Shown piece after piece: positions 18,034-26,908 of a stretch of 64,000 nucleotides of DNA; within the stretch, counting starts at the first letter, position 1; the number at the start of each line of letters is the position of its first letter. The stretch spans positions 448,001 to 512,000 of the forward strand of contig CAWJYV010000010.1 in NCBI GenBank assembly GCA_963847185.1, in the 5' to 3' direction. Made by a program: the position numbers and the translations under genes. Source of the stretch: an uncultured Methanosarcinaceae archaeon (lineage in GTDB: Archaea; Halobacteriota; Methanosarcinia; Methanosarcinales; Methanosarcinaceae). The notes beneath the pieces are model-generated. The model saw only the letters and a program-made list of their open reading frames with translations, did no database searches and was not told the DNA's origin.

Positions 18034-20691
18034 ATGTATTATGATGAAGCCGCCGATGCGGTTCTAGAAACCCTGAACACATCCGAAACAGGGTTGAGTT
18101 CGGGAGAAGCAGAAAACAGACTCATAAAGTATGGGAAAAATGAACTTCAGGAAGAAGAAAAAACATCTATGGTAAAACTTTTTCTTTCTCAGTTCAAGAG
18201 TTTTCTCATTATTATCTTAATGGCTGCAGCACTGGTTTCTGCTTTCCTTGGAGAGCTTATTGATGCTTTTGTAATCCTGTTTACGGTATTTCTTGCAGGG
18301 GTCCTTGGTTTTGTCCAGGAGTACAGAGCAGAAGAATCAATCAAACTTTTAAAATCATTGACCAGCCCCGAAGCCCTTGTAGTAAGGGACGGAAAGGAAG
18401 GAAAAGTCCCGTCTTCTGTACTTGTCCCTGGCGATATTCTAATTTTGCAGGCAGGAGATAAGATACCTGCAGATGCCAGGTTGATTGAGGCTCAATCTCT
18501 GAAGATTGATGAAGCTTCTCTCACAGGAGAATCCGTACCCGTTGAGAAAAACATTAAAATCTTTCTCCCTGAGACTCCACAGCCTGACCGAAAAAATATG
18601 GCCTATACTGGAACTTCAGTTACCTATGGTAGAGGAAAGGCAGTTGTTACTGCAACAGGCATGAATACTGCTTTTGGAAAGCTGGCCGGGCTTTTAGGAG
18701 AAATTGAAAGAGAGAGAACTCCTCTTCAGGAAAAACTTGACCAGTTCGGGCGCTGGCTTGGAGCTGCAACGCTTGTGGTTGTAGCCTTTGTAGCGGTGCT
18801 TGGGATCTTACAGGGTTTCGATCCTTTTGAGATGTTTCTATGGGGTGTTGCCCTTGCTGTTGCGGCAATTCCGGAAGCTCTTCCTGCAGTTGTGACTGTA
18901 GGGCTTGCTCTCGGGGTTAGAAGAATGGTGAAAAGGCACGCCCTTGTCAGGAAACTGCCTTCTGTAGAGACGCTTGGTTCTACTAACATAATCTGTACGG
19001 ACAAGACCGGAACGCTCACCCAGAACAAGATGACTGTCGAAAAGGTGTATGTAAACGGGACCATCTTAAATGTTACAGGTAGAGGATACGAACCTGTAGG
19101 AGACTTTTTCAGGGATGATAAGCCTGTCTCTGAAGACGCGCATCTACATAAGCTGCTGGTTGCAGGAGCTCTTTGTAATGATGCAGGATTAATCCAGGAA
19201 GAAGGAATATGGGGTATTCTGGGAGATCCTACAGAAGGTGCTCTCGTGGTTGTAGCAGCCAAACAGGGAATCTGGCGAAAGGCTCTTGAGGAGAAACACA
19301 GGCGTGTCGGAGAGGTCCCCTTTTCTTCCGAAAGGAAGATGATGACCACCCTTAACTCATCCGAAGAAGGTCTGAACGCTTATTCTAAAGGGGCTCCGGA
19401 AGTTATTCTTGGTTGCTGTACCAGAATCTTTCTTGATGGACAGGAGAAAGAGTTAACTCCTGAAATAAGGCAGGAAATTCTGGATACTGTACACGAGATG
19501 GCAAACCAAACTCTTAGAGTGATGGGTCTTGCCTACCGACAGGTTCCGGACAATATTATTCCTGAAGATGCTGAAAGGGATATGGTCTTTGCAGGCCTTA
19601 CGGGTATGCGTGATCCTCCCAGAGAAGAAGTAAAGGTTGCTATTGCTACCTGTACGAGTGCCGGGGTCAGGACCGTAATGATTACAGGAGATCACAAAAC
19701 GACTGCTTTTGCTATTGCAAGAGAAATCGGGATCTACCGTGAAGGAGATCTTGTCCTTACAGGTACTGAACTGGATGCATTAGGAGATAAGGAGTTTGAA
19801 GATATCGTAGAGAAGGTTTCTGTCTATGCAAGGGTATATCCTGAGCACAAGCTAAAGGTCGTTAACGCTCTTAAGAAAAAAGGGTATATTGTCGCAATGA
19901 CCGGAGACGGGGTAAACGATGCTCCTGCATTGAAAGCCGCAGATATGGGCATTGCAATGGGAATTACTGGAACTGAAGTAAGCAAGGAAGCGTCCAGTAT
20001 GATCCTGACAGATGACAATTTTGCATCCATTGTTTCTGCAGTCGAAGAAGGCCGAAATATATTCAAGAATATTAAGAATTTCATTGCTTACGGCCTTACC
20101 TGCCATATAGGAGTTGTGCTGATTGTCCTTGCCGGAGTGCTTGCCTGGCAGATCCTGCCTGTTATTGCAGTCCAGATTCTGTGGATCAACCTTATTACAG
20201 ACGGCCTGCCACCTTTAGCGCTTTCTCTGGAAGCCCCTGACAGGGGGCTTATGAGGCAGAAACCCAGAAAATCAAAAGAAGGGATAGTTTCAAAAAGAAT
20301 GCTTATAGCAAGCCTTGGACTAGGGATTCTGATCGCCGTCCAGTCAATTGGAGTTCTTTACTGGGCCCTTGAGGAAGGCATGCCCCTCCCAAAGATCCAG
20401 ACTCTGATCTTTACCCTGGTGGTTATGTCCTGTATGTTCAATGCCTTTAACTGGCGTTCGGAAAGATATTCGATCTTTTCCCTGGGAATTTTCACCAACA
20501 AGTCCCTTATTTATGCCATCCTGAGCACAGTGCTTTTGCAGCTTGCAGCAATCTATGTTCCTATTCTGCAGACGGCTTTCCGGACTGTACCTCTCTCACT
20601 CTCAGATTGGGGAATGATCATTCCTCTGGCTTCAACGACCCTTATAGTCATGGAGCTTACGAAATATCTGGAATGGAGAATTCACAGGTGA
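18034..20691 (+). CDS. P-type IIA (Ca2+-type) cation-transporting ATPase
   Basis: TGES, PEALP, DKTGTLT, KGAPE, MITGD, TGDGVNDAPALK, WINLITDG. Confidence 0.97.
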   Translation: MYYDEAADAVLETLNTSETGLSSGEAENRLIKYGKNELQEEEKTSMVKLFLSQFKSFLIIILMAAALVSAFLGELIDAFVILFTVFLAGVLGFVQEYRAEESIKLLKSLTSPEALVVRDGKEGKVPSSVLVPGDILILQAGDKIPADARLIEAQSLKIDEASLTGESVPVEKNIKIFLPETPQPDRKNMAYTGTSVTYGRGKAVVTATGMNTAFGKLAGLLGEIERERTPLQEKLDQFGRWLGAATLVVVAFVAVLGILQGFDPFEMFLWGVALAVAAIPEALPAVVTVGLALGVRRMVKRHALVRKLPSVETLGSTNIICTDKTGTLTQNKMTVEKVYVNGTILNVTGRGYEPVGDFFRDDKPVSEDAHLHKLLVAGALCNDAGLIQEEGIWGILGDPTEGALVVVAAKQGIWRKALEEKHRRVGEVPFSSERKMMTTLNSSEEGLNAYSKGAPEVILGCCTRIFLDGQEKELTPEIRQEILDTVHEMANQTLRVMGLAYRQVPDNIIPEDAERDMVFAGLTGMRDPPREEVKVAIATCTSAGVRTVMITGDHKTTAFAIAREIGIYREGDLVLTGTELDALGDKEFEDIVEKVSVYARVYPEHKLKVVNALKKKGYIVAMTGDGVNDAPALKAADMGIAMGITGTEVSKEASSMILTDDNFASIVSAVEEGRNIFKNIKNFIAYGLTCHIGVVLIVLAGVLAWQILPVIAVQILWINLITDGLPPLALSLEAPDRGLMRQKPRKSKEGIVSKRMLIASLGLGILIAVQSIGVLYWALEEGMPLPKIQTLIFTLVVMSCMFNAFNWRSERYSIFSLGIFTNKSLIYAILSTVLLQLAAIYVPILQTAFRTVPLSLSDWGMIIPLASTTLIVMELTKYLEWRIHR

Positions 20692-20750
20692 AATTAAGGA
20701 ATAGGATTTAACAGGTGAAATTAAGGAATAGGATTTGCTTTAAGCAATCC
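20684..20750 (+). repeat. 27-bp direct duplication spanning the ATPase stop codon, followed by a terminator-like hairpin
   Basis: ACAGGTGAAATTAAGGAATAGGATTT at 20684 and 20711, then GGATTTGCTTTAAGCAATCC and a T-run. Confidence 0.8.
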
Positions 20751-20939
20751 TTATCCTATTTTTTGGTAATTCCTTTTTAATTTTTCAGCCTAAGTGGCAA
20801 ATAAAATAATTCTTCTTTCTTTATTTCCATATCTCTTAGTTTTCTTCCTTTAATAAGAACAGAAATAAAATATTGTTGCAAGAAAATATTATTTAATAAC
20901 ATTATTCCTCTAATCATATATAGAATAAAAACAATAAGT

Positions 20940-21806
20940 GTGAGCACTATGACCCCGATATACAGGGAGAATCCCAACTACCCGGAATTTATTGTAGGAA
21001 TCGAACCGCCTGCTGATAGGAAGGAAAAAGCACTCTGGTTCATTTTCCGGGGCCGTGAGATCCTTCTTAAGCTTAATAAAAACCCCGGAGCGATTCCGAA
21101 ATTGATTGATTTTGGAGAGACTGGGCTTTTTGGGATAAGAGAACAGTACCTGGGTACACTTAACGGTATACATTGCTATTCCATAGAACTTCCAGAGGAT
21201 GCTGAGGCACCAGAGGAAATGAAGTTTGTGGATCTCAGGCAGGCTTATTCCGAAATAAGTGAGGGGTGCTTTGCACTTGTTAATAAGGCAGTCCAGATAA
21301 TGGAATGGGACAGGACAAACCAGTTCTGCAGCCGCTGCGGGGCAAAGACCCTGCAGAAGCCCGGAGAAAGAGGAAAAGAATGTCCTGACTGCAGGGAGCT
21401 TTTTTATCCAAGAATCTCACCGGCCGTAATCGTACTTATCAGAAAAGGGAATGAAATTTTACTCGCAAGGTCGCCTAATTCCCCACCAGGCATGTATAGC
21501 TTGATTGCAGGTTTCATTGAGCCTGGAGAATCAGCTGAAGCTGCGGTTGTCAGAGAGGTTAAAGAAGAAGTAGGCATTAAGATCAGGGATATCCGCTACT
21601 TCGGGACACAGGCCTGGCCGTTTCCCAATTCGCTTATGATAGGATTTACTGCAGAGTACGATTCAGGAGATATCCAGCCTGACGGGTTTGAAATAGAAGA
21701 TGCAAAATGGTTTTCAGCTGATAAATTACCTTCACTTCCTGGAAAAATAAGTATATCAAGAAAGCTTATTGACCATTTCCTTAAAGAAGAAGGTCTGGAA
21801 GTTTAA
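20940..21806 (+). CDS. nudC: NAD(+)/NADH diphosphatase NudC
   Basis: FCSRCG..CPDC Zn ribbon, YPRISPAVIV, Nudix box AGFIEPGES.E.AV.REV.EEVG, QAWPFPNSLM. Confidence 0.95.
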   Translation: MSTMTPIYRENPNYPEFIVGIEPPADRKEKALWFIFRGREILLKLNKNPGAIPKLIDFGETGLFGIREQYLGTLNGIHCYSIELPEDAEAPEEMKFVDLRQAYSEISEGCFALVNKAVQIMEWDRTNQFCSRCGAKTLQKPGERGKECPDCRELFYPRISPAVIVLIRKGNEILLARSPNSPPGMYSLIAGFIEPGESAEAAVVREVKEEVGIKIRDIRYFGTQAWPFPNSLMIGFTAEYDSGDIQPDGFEIEDAKWFSADKLPSLPGKISISRKLIDHFLKEEGLEV

Positions 21807-22417
21807 GTTCCTGATCAGAGTCTGATTTCAGAGCTTGACTCATAGTTCGATTCATCTATTTACAAGGTTTTTAACATAACCATTTCCAAGATTACCATCA
21901 GACAGCCCCATATTATTATTCTTTCCCAAATAATTGGAAAATGATTATTAACCTGCATTCGGCAAATGGACGCAAAAATTCATTTCATTTTTTACTAATA
22001 TCGTTTTTCTCAAGACTTCTAACATTATGTTATTAGATACATTTTCTAAATGTTACCAATATATTCGCAAATTTATATTTAGTGTAAGTTTGTAGAATAA
22101 TAAACAGTGAGATGCGTAGTCTATTGATTTTTAGCTTTTTTACCATAAAAGTGCAATCAAAAATTTATATATGTTGAGGCGTTTGCTGTCGAATGCAGGA
22201 AATAATAGTAAACTTATAATTTCACCACAATTTGCTTTCTGAGACTTGTAAGAAAATATTCCTTATAACAGTTAAGGACTGATACACACGAGCAGGAAAT
22301 GTCTATTACCCGTAATAAACCAGTACGGGAAATACATATAAAAGAAAATACATAATTTAGACACGATCAAAAGGTTTATTAAAATTAAGAACATTATAAA
22401 AAAGAGAGGATTAGTCT

Positions 22418-22520
22418 AAAAAGAAATTAAGAAGTAGATGGTAGAGATCGAGTCCCTATTCTCGTCTCTACCCGCGATCCAACCCAAAGATTAAGAGGAA
22501 ACCCTATTACTCTTAATCTA
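22418..22520 (-). ncRNA. Candidate two-hairpin small RNA, copy 1
   Basis: Stems 22440-22452/22461-22472 and 22488-22497/22510-22519; conserved linker GATCCAACCC. Minus-strand TATA-like element ~30 nt before the stem and a U-tract after. Strand is inferred. Confidence 0.7.
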
Positions 22521-22833
22521 TACATTTATAGGAGATATGGAATATATATCATAACCGATCAAAAAAACATATCGTGATTCAAATTTTTAAGCTTGCTCTA
22601 TAATTTATTATCGATTAAACTTTTAATGGCGTTAAAATTTTCATGTGGAATATAAATCATTCTTTATAAAAGGAGCCTATGATAATCTATCCTAAATAAT
22701 TAAGGAATTTAGAAATTTAGGAACACTCATAAGCTTTATTTAAAATTAAAAACATTATAAAAAACAGTAAGGAAAGCATAAAATAAGTTACATAGTGTAC
22801 AAATAAAATACTTATTTATTGCAAGTGACAATC

Positions 22834-22927
22834 AAGAAGTAGATGGTAGGGATCGAGTCCCTATTCTCGTCCCTACCTGCGATCCAACCCAAAGATTAAG
22901 AGGAAACCCTATATTACTCTTAATCTA
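22834..22927 (-). ncRNA. Candidate two-hairpin small RNA, copy 2
   Basis: Near-identical to copy 1, 405 bp away, with a compensatory A-T to G-C change (GGTAGAGA/TCTCTACC to GGTAGGGA/TCCCTACC). Confidence 0.7.
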
Positions 22928-23230
22928 CATTCATTTTATAATCATTTAGACATATATATCATAACCGCTTCAAAAATTACGCTATGATAAGAATTTTTAA
23001 TTAGGTTAAATCCTTTAATCCCATTTGAAATTTTAATATCTTCAAAATATTTTCTGTTTTTAAAGTGATTCATTGAACTTTTGTCTAGAAGAGAAAAGTA
23101 AAAACAATATGAGAATTTAAGATATTAAAAATAAAGTTTACAATTTATTAAACGTTAACAGCAATGAGTTTAGAATAAGATAATTAAACAACTAGATCAA
23201 TAAAAAAATCTATGAAAACCTACATAATTA

Positions 23231-23325
23231 ATTGATAGGGACCCTGTTCCCATTTAGCTGGTCCCTATCGATGATCCAACCCCAAGGAGATTGAGAGGAA
23301 ACCCTTACTCTCAACCTTTCTCCCT
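23231..23325 (-). ncRNA. Candidate two-hairpin small RNA, copy 3 (diverged)
   Basis: GATAGGGACC/GGTCCCTATC stem, GATCCAACCC linker, TTGAGAG-GAAACCCTTA-CTCTCAA stem-loop; same flanking promoter-like block. Confidence 0.65.
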
Positions 23326-23703
23326 TTATAGTTTACAAGCTATATATTATAGCCGATTTAAAAAATAATCTTTGATTAAATTTATTGATTAGCCACATAT
23401 TTTTATTACCTTTAAAAATTTTAATATCATTAAAACAGTATCTGAAATTCGTTAGTTTTTCCCTCATTTTCTATTTATTCACTTTTAAAAGTAACCTCAA
23501 TTTTTCGTAGCATTGAAACTGCACCTTAACCTTCAATATTAAGCTGTAAGCTTAAAAATTATAATAGAATTAAGCAAGATCAGAAAGAAATGAAATTAAT
23601 GATGAAAGAATGAAAATAAATATAGAGATGAAATAGAATAGAAAAATAATGAAGAGAAGAATAAAATAGAGAAGAAAGAAGAAATGGAAAAAATCCTATC
23701 TCC

Positions 23704-24876
23704 TCAGATAATATATGACCTTAGCGGAGGAAAGCCGTTAAAATTCACTGAACTATAACTTTGAGTGTACGCGCCTGTTGTAAAGATATATACATGATTT
23801 CCTTCTCTCATTGTGTGAGGGAAGGAATATTTGTGGTGTTCATACAAAATATCCATGCTATCGCAGGTTGGACCTGCAAGGATTACTTCTTCGGCACAAC
23901 CCTTTTTGTCGCAGAATATGGGATACTTAATGGACTCATCAAGTGTTTCTATAAGGCCCCCGAATTTACCAATGTCGAGATAAACCCATTTGTACTGATT
24001 GAACCTGGCCTTTTTTGCGATCATTACAACTTCACTTACGATTATGCCGGCATTACCAACCAGAGATCTACCGGGTTCAATTAGAATTTCAGGTAATTCC
24101 TCCCCAAAATCTTCATGCAAAAAGCGGCGGATCTCACGGGCATAAGTTTCAAGGTCATGAGCCTGCGCCTGGTATTTTGCGGGAAAACCTCCTCCGAGGT
24201 TGATCATTTTTAAACGGATACCTTTTTCAGCAACTGCTTCAAAGAGGTATTTGCATTTGGAAATAGCATTGTCCCACTGCCCAATGTCCCTCTGCTGGGA
24301 ACCAACATGGAAAGAAAGTCCATATGGCTCAAGTCCAAGCTTGTCAGCCTTAAGAATAAACTTGTATATAAGGTCAGGATGCGATCCGAATTTCCGTGAA
24401 AGAGGCCAATCAGCGCCATCGCTTTCAGTAAGGATCCGGAAAAAGACCCTGGAACCCGGAGCTCTTCTAGCTAATTTCTTTAAATCACTTTCAGAATCAG
24501 TAACAAAAAGCCTTACTCCCTTTTCATACGCATAAGCTATATCCTTTTCTTTTTTGATTGTGTTTCCATAACTGATCCTCTCAGGTTCCACCCCGAGCCT
24601 GAGTAACTGGTCCAGTTCATAAACCGTTGCCACATCAAAACTAGAGCCTTTATTTTTCAGAGCAAGCACAACTTCATCCATAGGGTTTGCCTTTACAGCA
24701 TAATGAATTTTTGCAAAAGGCATGTGCTCTACCAGCTCTTCATAACCTCGCTCTATCTTCTGCAGATCAACGATTAAAAAAGGTGTCTCTTTATCCCGGG
24801 AAAACTTTTTTATTTTGTTAAAGTACTCTCTGGAAACAAAGTCCTCCAGCGGGAATTCATAACGCTCTTTTCTCAT
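23704..24876 (-). CDS. Fold-type III PLP-dependent ornithine/lysine decarboxylase
   Basis: YAVKANP (PLP lysine), FDVA, KFG, SFHVGSQ, NLGGGFP, EPGR, GPTCDSMD, GAYT, FNGF. Confidence 0.95.
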   Translation of the reverse strand: MRKERYEFPLEDFVSREYFNKIKKFSRDKETPFLIVDLQKIERGYEELVEHMPFAKIHYAVKANPMDEVVLALKNKGSSFDVATVYELDQLLRLGVEPERISYGNTIKKEKDIAYAYEKGVRLFVTDSESDLKKLARRAPGSRVFFRILTESDGADWPLSRKFGSHPDLIYKFILKADKLGLEPYGLSFHVGSQQRDIGQWDNAISKCKYLFEAVAEKGIRLKMINLGGGFPAKYQAQAHDLETYAREIRRFLHEDFGEELPEILIEPGRSLVGNAGIIVSEVVMIAKKARFNQYKWVYLDIGKFGGLIETLDESIKYPIFCDKKGCAEEVILAGPTCDSMDILYEHHKYSFPHTMREGNHVYIFTTGAYTQSYSSVNFNGFPPLRSYII

Positions 24877-25387
24877 ATCTACTCCCGTTTTATAATAAAC
24901 TGGGTTATAATTTACATTATGTTAGTTCTTATTAATAATTTTTAGCATTTCTTCTTTTTGTATCAATTAATGAAGCAATAATCAGTTATTTTGATAATCC
25001 GTAAATAAGGCGATTCAAATAGGATTTTATGTATATAAAACTAATTATTGTTGAATATTCAGACGCAAAATGAGCTTAAATGAAGAAATGTTTAAGATAA
25101 ATAGCCAGATGCAGAAAAAAAGCTTAATTATCCTTTTTTTAGCCATTAAAGGCTTTAAAAAATCCTTTAATTCAATAGAATTTACGAGAAATCGCAAATT
25201 ATCCAGAAATACGCAGAGAGAATTTTTCCTTCAAAAAGGAGTATTATAGGTTTAAAACAAAATAAAGAAGATTTTTAATGATTAATCAGTAATAAAAGGT
25301 TTACTTTACAATAGTTTGAACAAATAATTAATATTGTACTTTTTACAGAAGATCATATTTAGGAACACAACAAGAAGTTTCAAATTG

Positions 25388-26671
25388 TTATAGGGGGCCT
25401 TTCTTTCCGGTTATGAGCAGTACTATGAGTATACTGATTCCTACAAGAATAAATCCGTAAGTTATGGCTTCTGCATTTAACTGAGAAAAGAGAAACAAAG
25501 AAGAAAGAACTCCAAAAAAAGGAATTAAGGGTAACCGGCCTATACTAAAAGGAACCTTAAAAGGACGCTTTCTTTCAGGATCAGAATAACGGAGCTTTAT
25601 AAGAGAGAGGTTAACCATAAGAAAAACAATAAAAATCATAAAGTTAGCGATATTTGCTATAGTTATAATATCTCTGAATAAGACAAACAAAATTGAAAGA
25701 CATGCAATTCCGAAAATTGCAACCCAGGGAGTCTGGTAATGGCTGTGTACCCTTGAGAGGCTTCTTGGAAGGGAGCCTGCATGCGCCATGCCGTAAACAA
25801 TCCTTGACCCTCCAAGCATAACCACAAGTACGGTATTCATCGTGGAAAAAAGAGCAATCCAGGAAAGAAGGACAAAAGCATTATCTCCAAGAGCTACAGC
25901 TGCAACATCGGCAAGAGGGACACTTGAGAGCCCGAGAGTGTTATAATTAAGCACACTTACTGAAGTTACTGCAACACAAATATAAAGAAAAACTGTAGAA
26001 AATATGGCTATGAGCAAAGCTTTAGGAGTTGTTTTCTCTGCATCCTTTGTTTCCTGAGATAGTCTCACAATGTCTTCAAAACCCAGGAATGCAAAAATAA
26101 TCAGAGCAGAAGCCTCAAAGATACCTGACAGATCCGGAGCCTCAAAGTAATTTACAGTACCAAGGTAAGGGAGGCCAATATAAATAATAATCAGAAGCCC
26201 GGACAATTCAATCAGGGTTATGGAAATAGCCAGCCGCGCAGACTCCCTGATTCCGTAAACCATAATCAGACTGAGAACAATAAAGAGACCTACTGAACCT
26301 ATTAAATTTCCGATTCCGAAAAGAGAGTTGAAATATCTTCCAAAGCCGAGGGCGACCGCAGAACTGGTTATTACCACAAAGTAGACAACAAGAAGCCCTA
26401 CAAATAAGCCCATACGTTCCCCAAAAGCTCTTTTCACAAACTCATATTCTGCCCCTGCTCTTGGATACATGGAAGATAGCTCCATGTAGCTAAGCGCGGA
26501 AAGTGCAGCAGTAATTCCTGCAAAAAGGAAGGAAAACCAGACCATATTGCCTGCAAGCCCTGCAGCTTTTCCCATAAGCACATAGATTCCGGCTCCAAGG
26601 ATATTCCCAATTCCCACCAGAGTAATCTCCAGTAAACTCAATTCTCTTTTTAGTTCGGATTTTCCTTCCAT
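25388..26671 (-). CDS. APC-family amino acid/polyamine permease
   Basis: LKREL, GNILGAGIY, ELSSMYPRAG, FAFLGFE, RPFKVP; about 12 hydrophobic segments. Confidence 0.93.
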   Translation of the reverse strand: MEGKSELKRELSLLEITLVGIGNILGAGIYVLMGKAAGLAGNMVWFSFLFAGITAALSALSYMELSSMYPRAGAEYEFVKRAFGERMGLFVGLLVVYFVVITSSAVALGFGRYFNSLFGIGNLIGSVGLFIVLSLIMVYGIRESARLAISITLIELSGLLIIIYIGLPYLGTVNYFEAPDLSGIFEASALIIFAFLGFEDIVRLSQETKDAEKTTPKALLIAIFSTVFLYICVAVTSVSVLNYNTLGLSSVPLADVAAVALGDNAFVLLSWIALFSTMNTVLVVMLGGSRIVYGMAHAGSLPRSLSRVHSHYQTPWVAIFGIACLSILFVLFRDIITIANIANFMIFIVFLMVNLSLIKLRYSDPERKRPFKVPFSIGRLPLIPFFGVLSSLFLFSQLNAEAITYGFILVGISILIVLLITGKKGPL

Positions 26672-26908
26672 AAAAACCTCTGCATCTGAAATATGGGTCG
26701 TGCCCCCAAGTTATTGAACAGAAATTCTGTCGTGGATATGATTTATTTATCAAGTCCGAAAAAGCAAGTACATTTCCCCTATATTAGGAAAAATGTAGAT
26801 AGATTTCTATGCTTACAGTTTTCAATGACCCACTCCCACTACCAGATTTTTCAATCCGGAAATTTTTGGATATCGAATTTATTTAGAATTAATATTATAT
26901 ATGTGGCC

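Noticed and set aside
18726-19349. 207-aa antisense ORF within the P-type ATPase
   Set aside because: Shadow ORF with no protein-like features.
22418-23325. CRISPR array or MITE interpretation of the three repeats
   Set aside because: Units are ~85 nt at ~400-bp spacing with homologous flanks, not 24-47-nt repeats with unique spacers. No cas genes, terminal inverted repeats or target-site duplications were seen.
23575-23700. Long purine-rich tract (also 32805-32870)
   Set aside because: Reads as pyrimidine/U-rich terminator sequence downstream of minus-strand genes; typical for these archaea.
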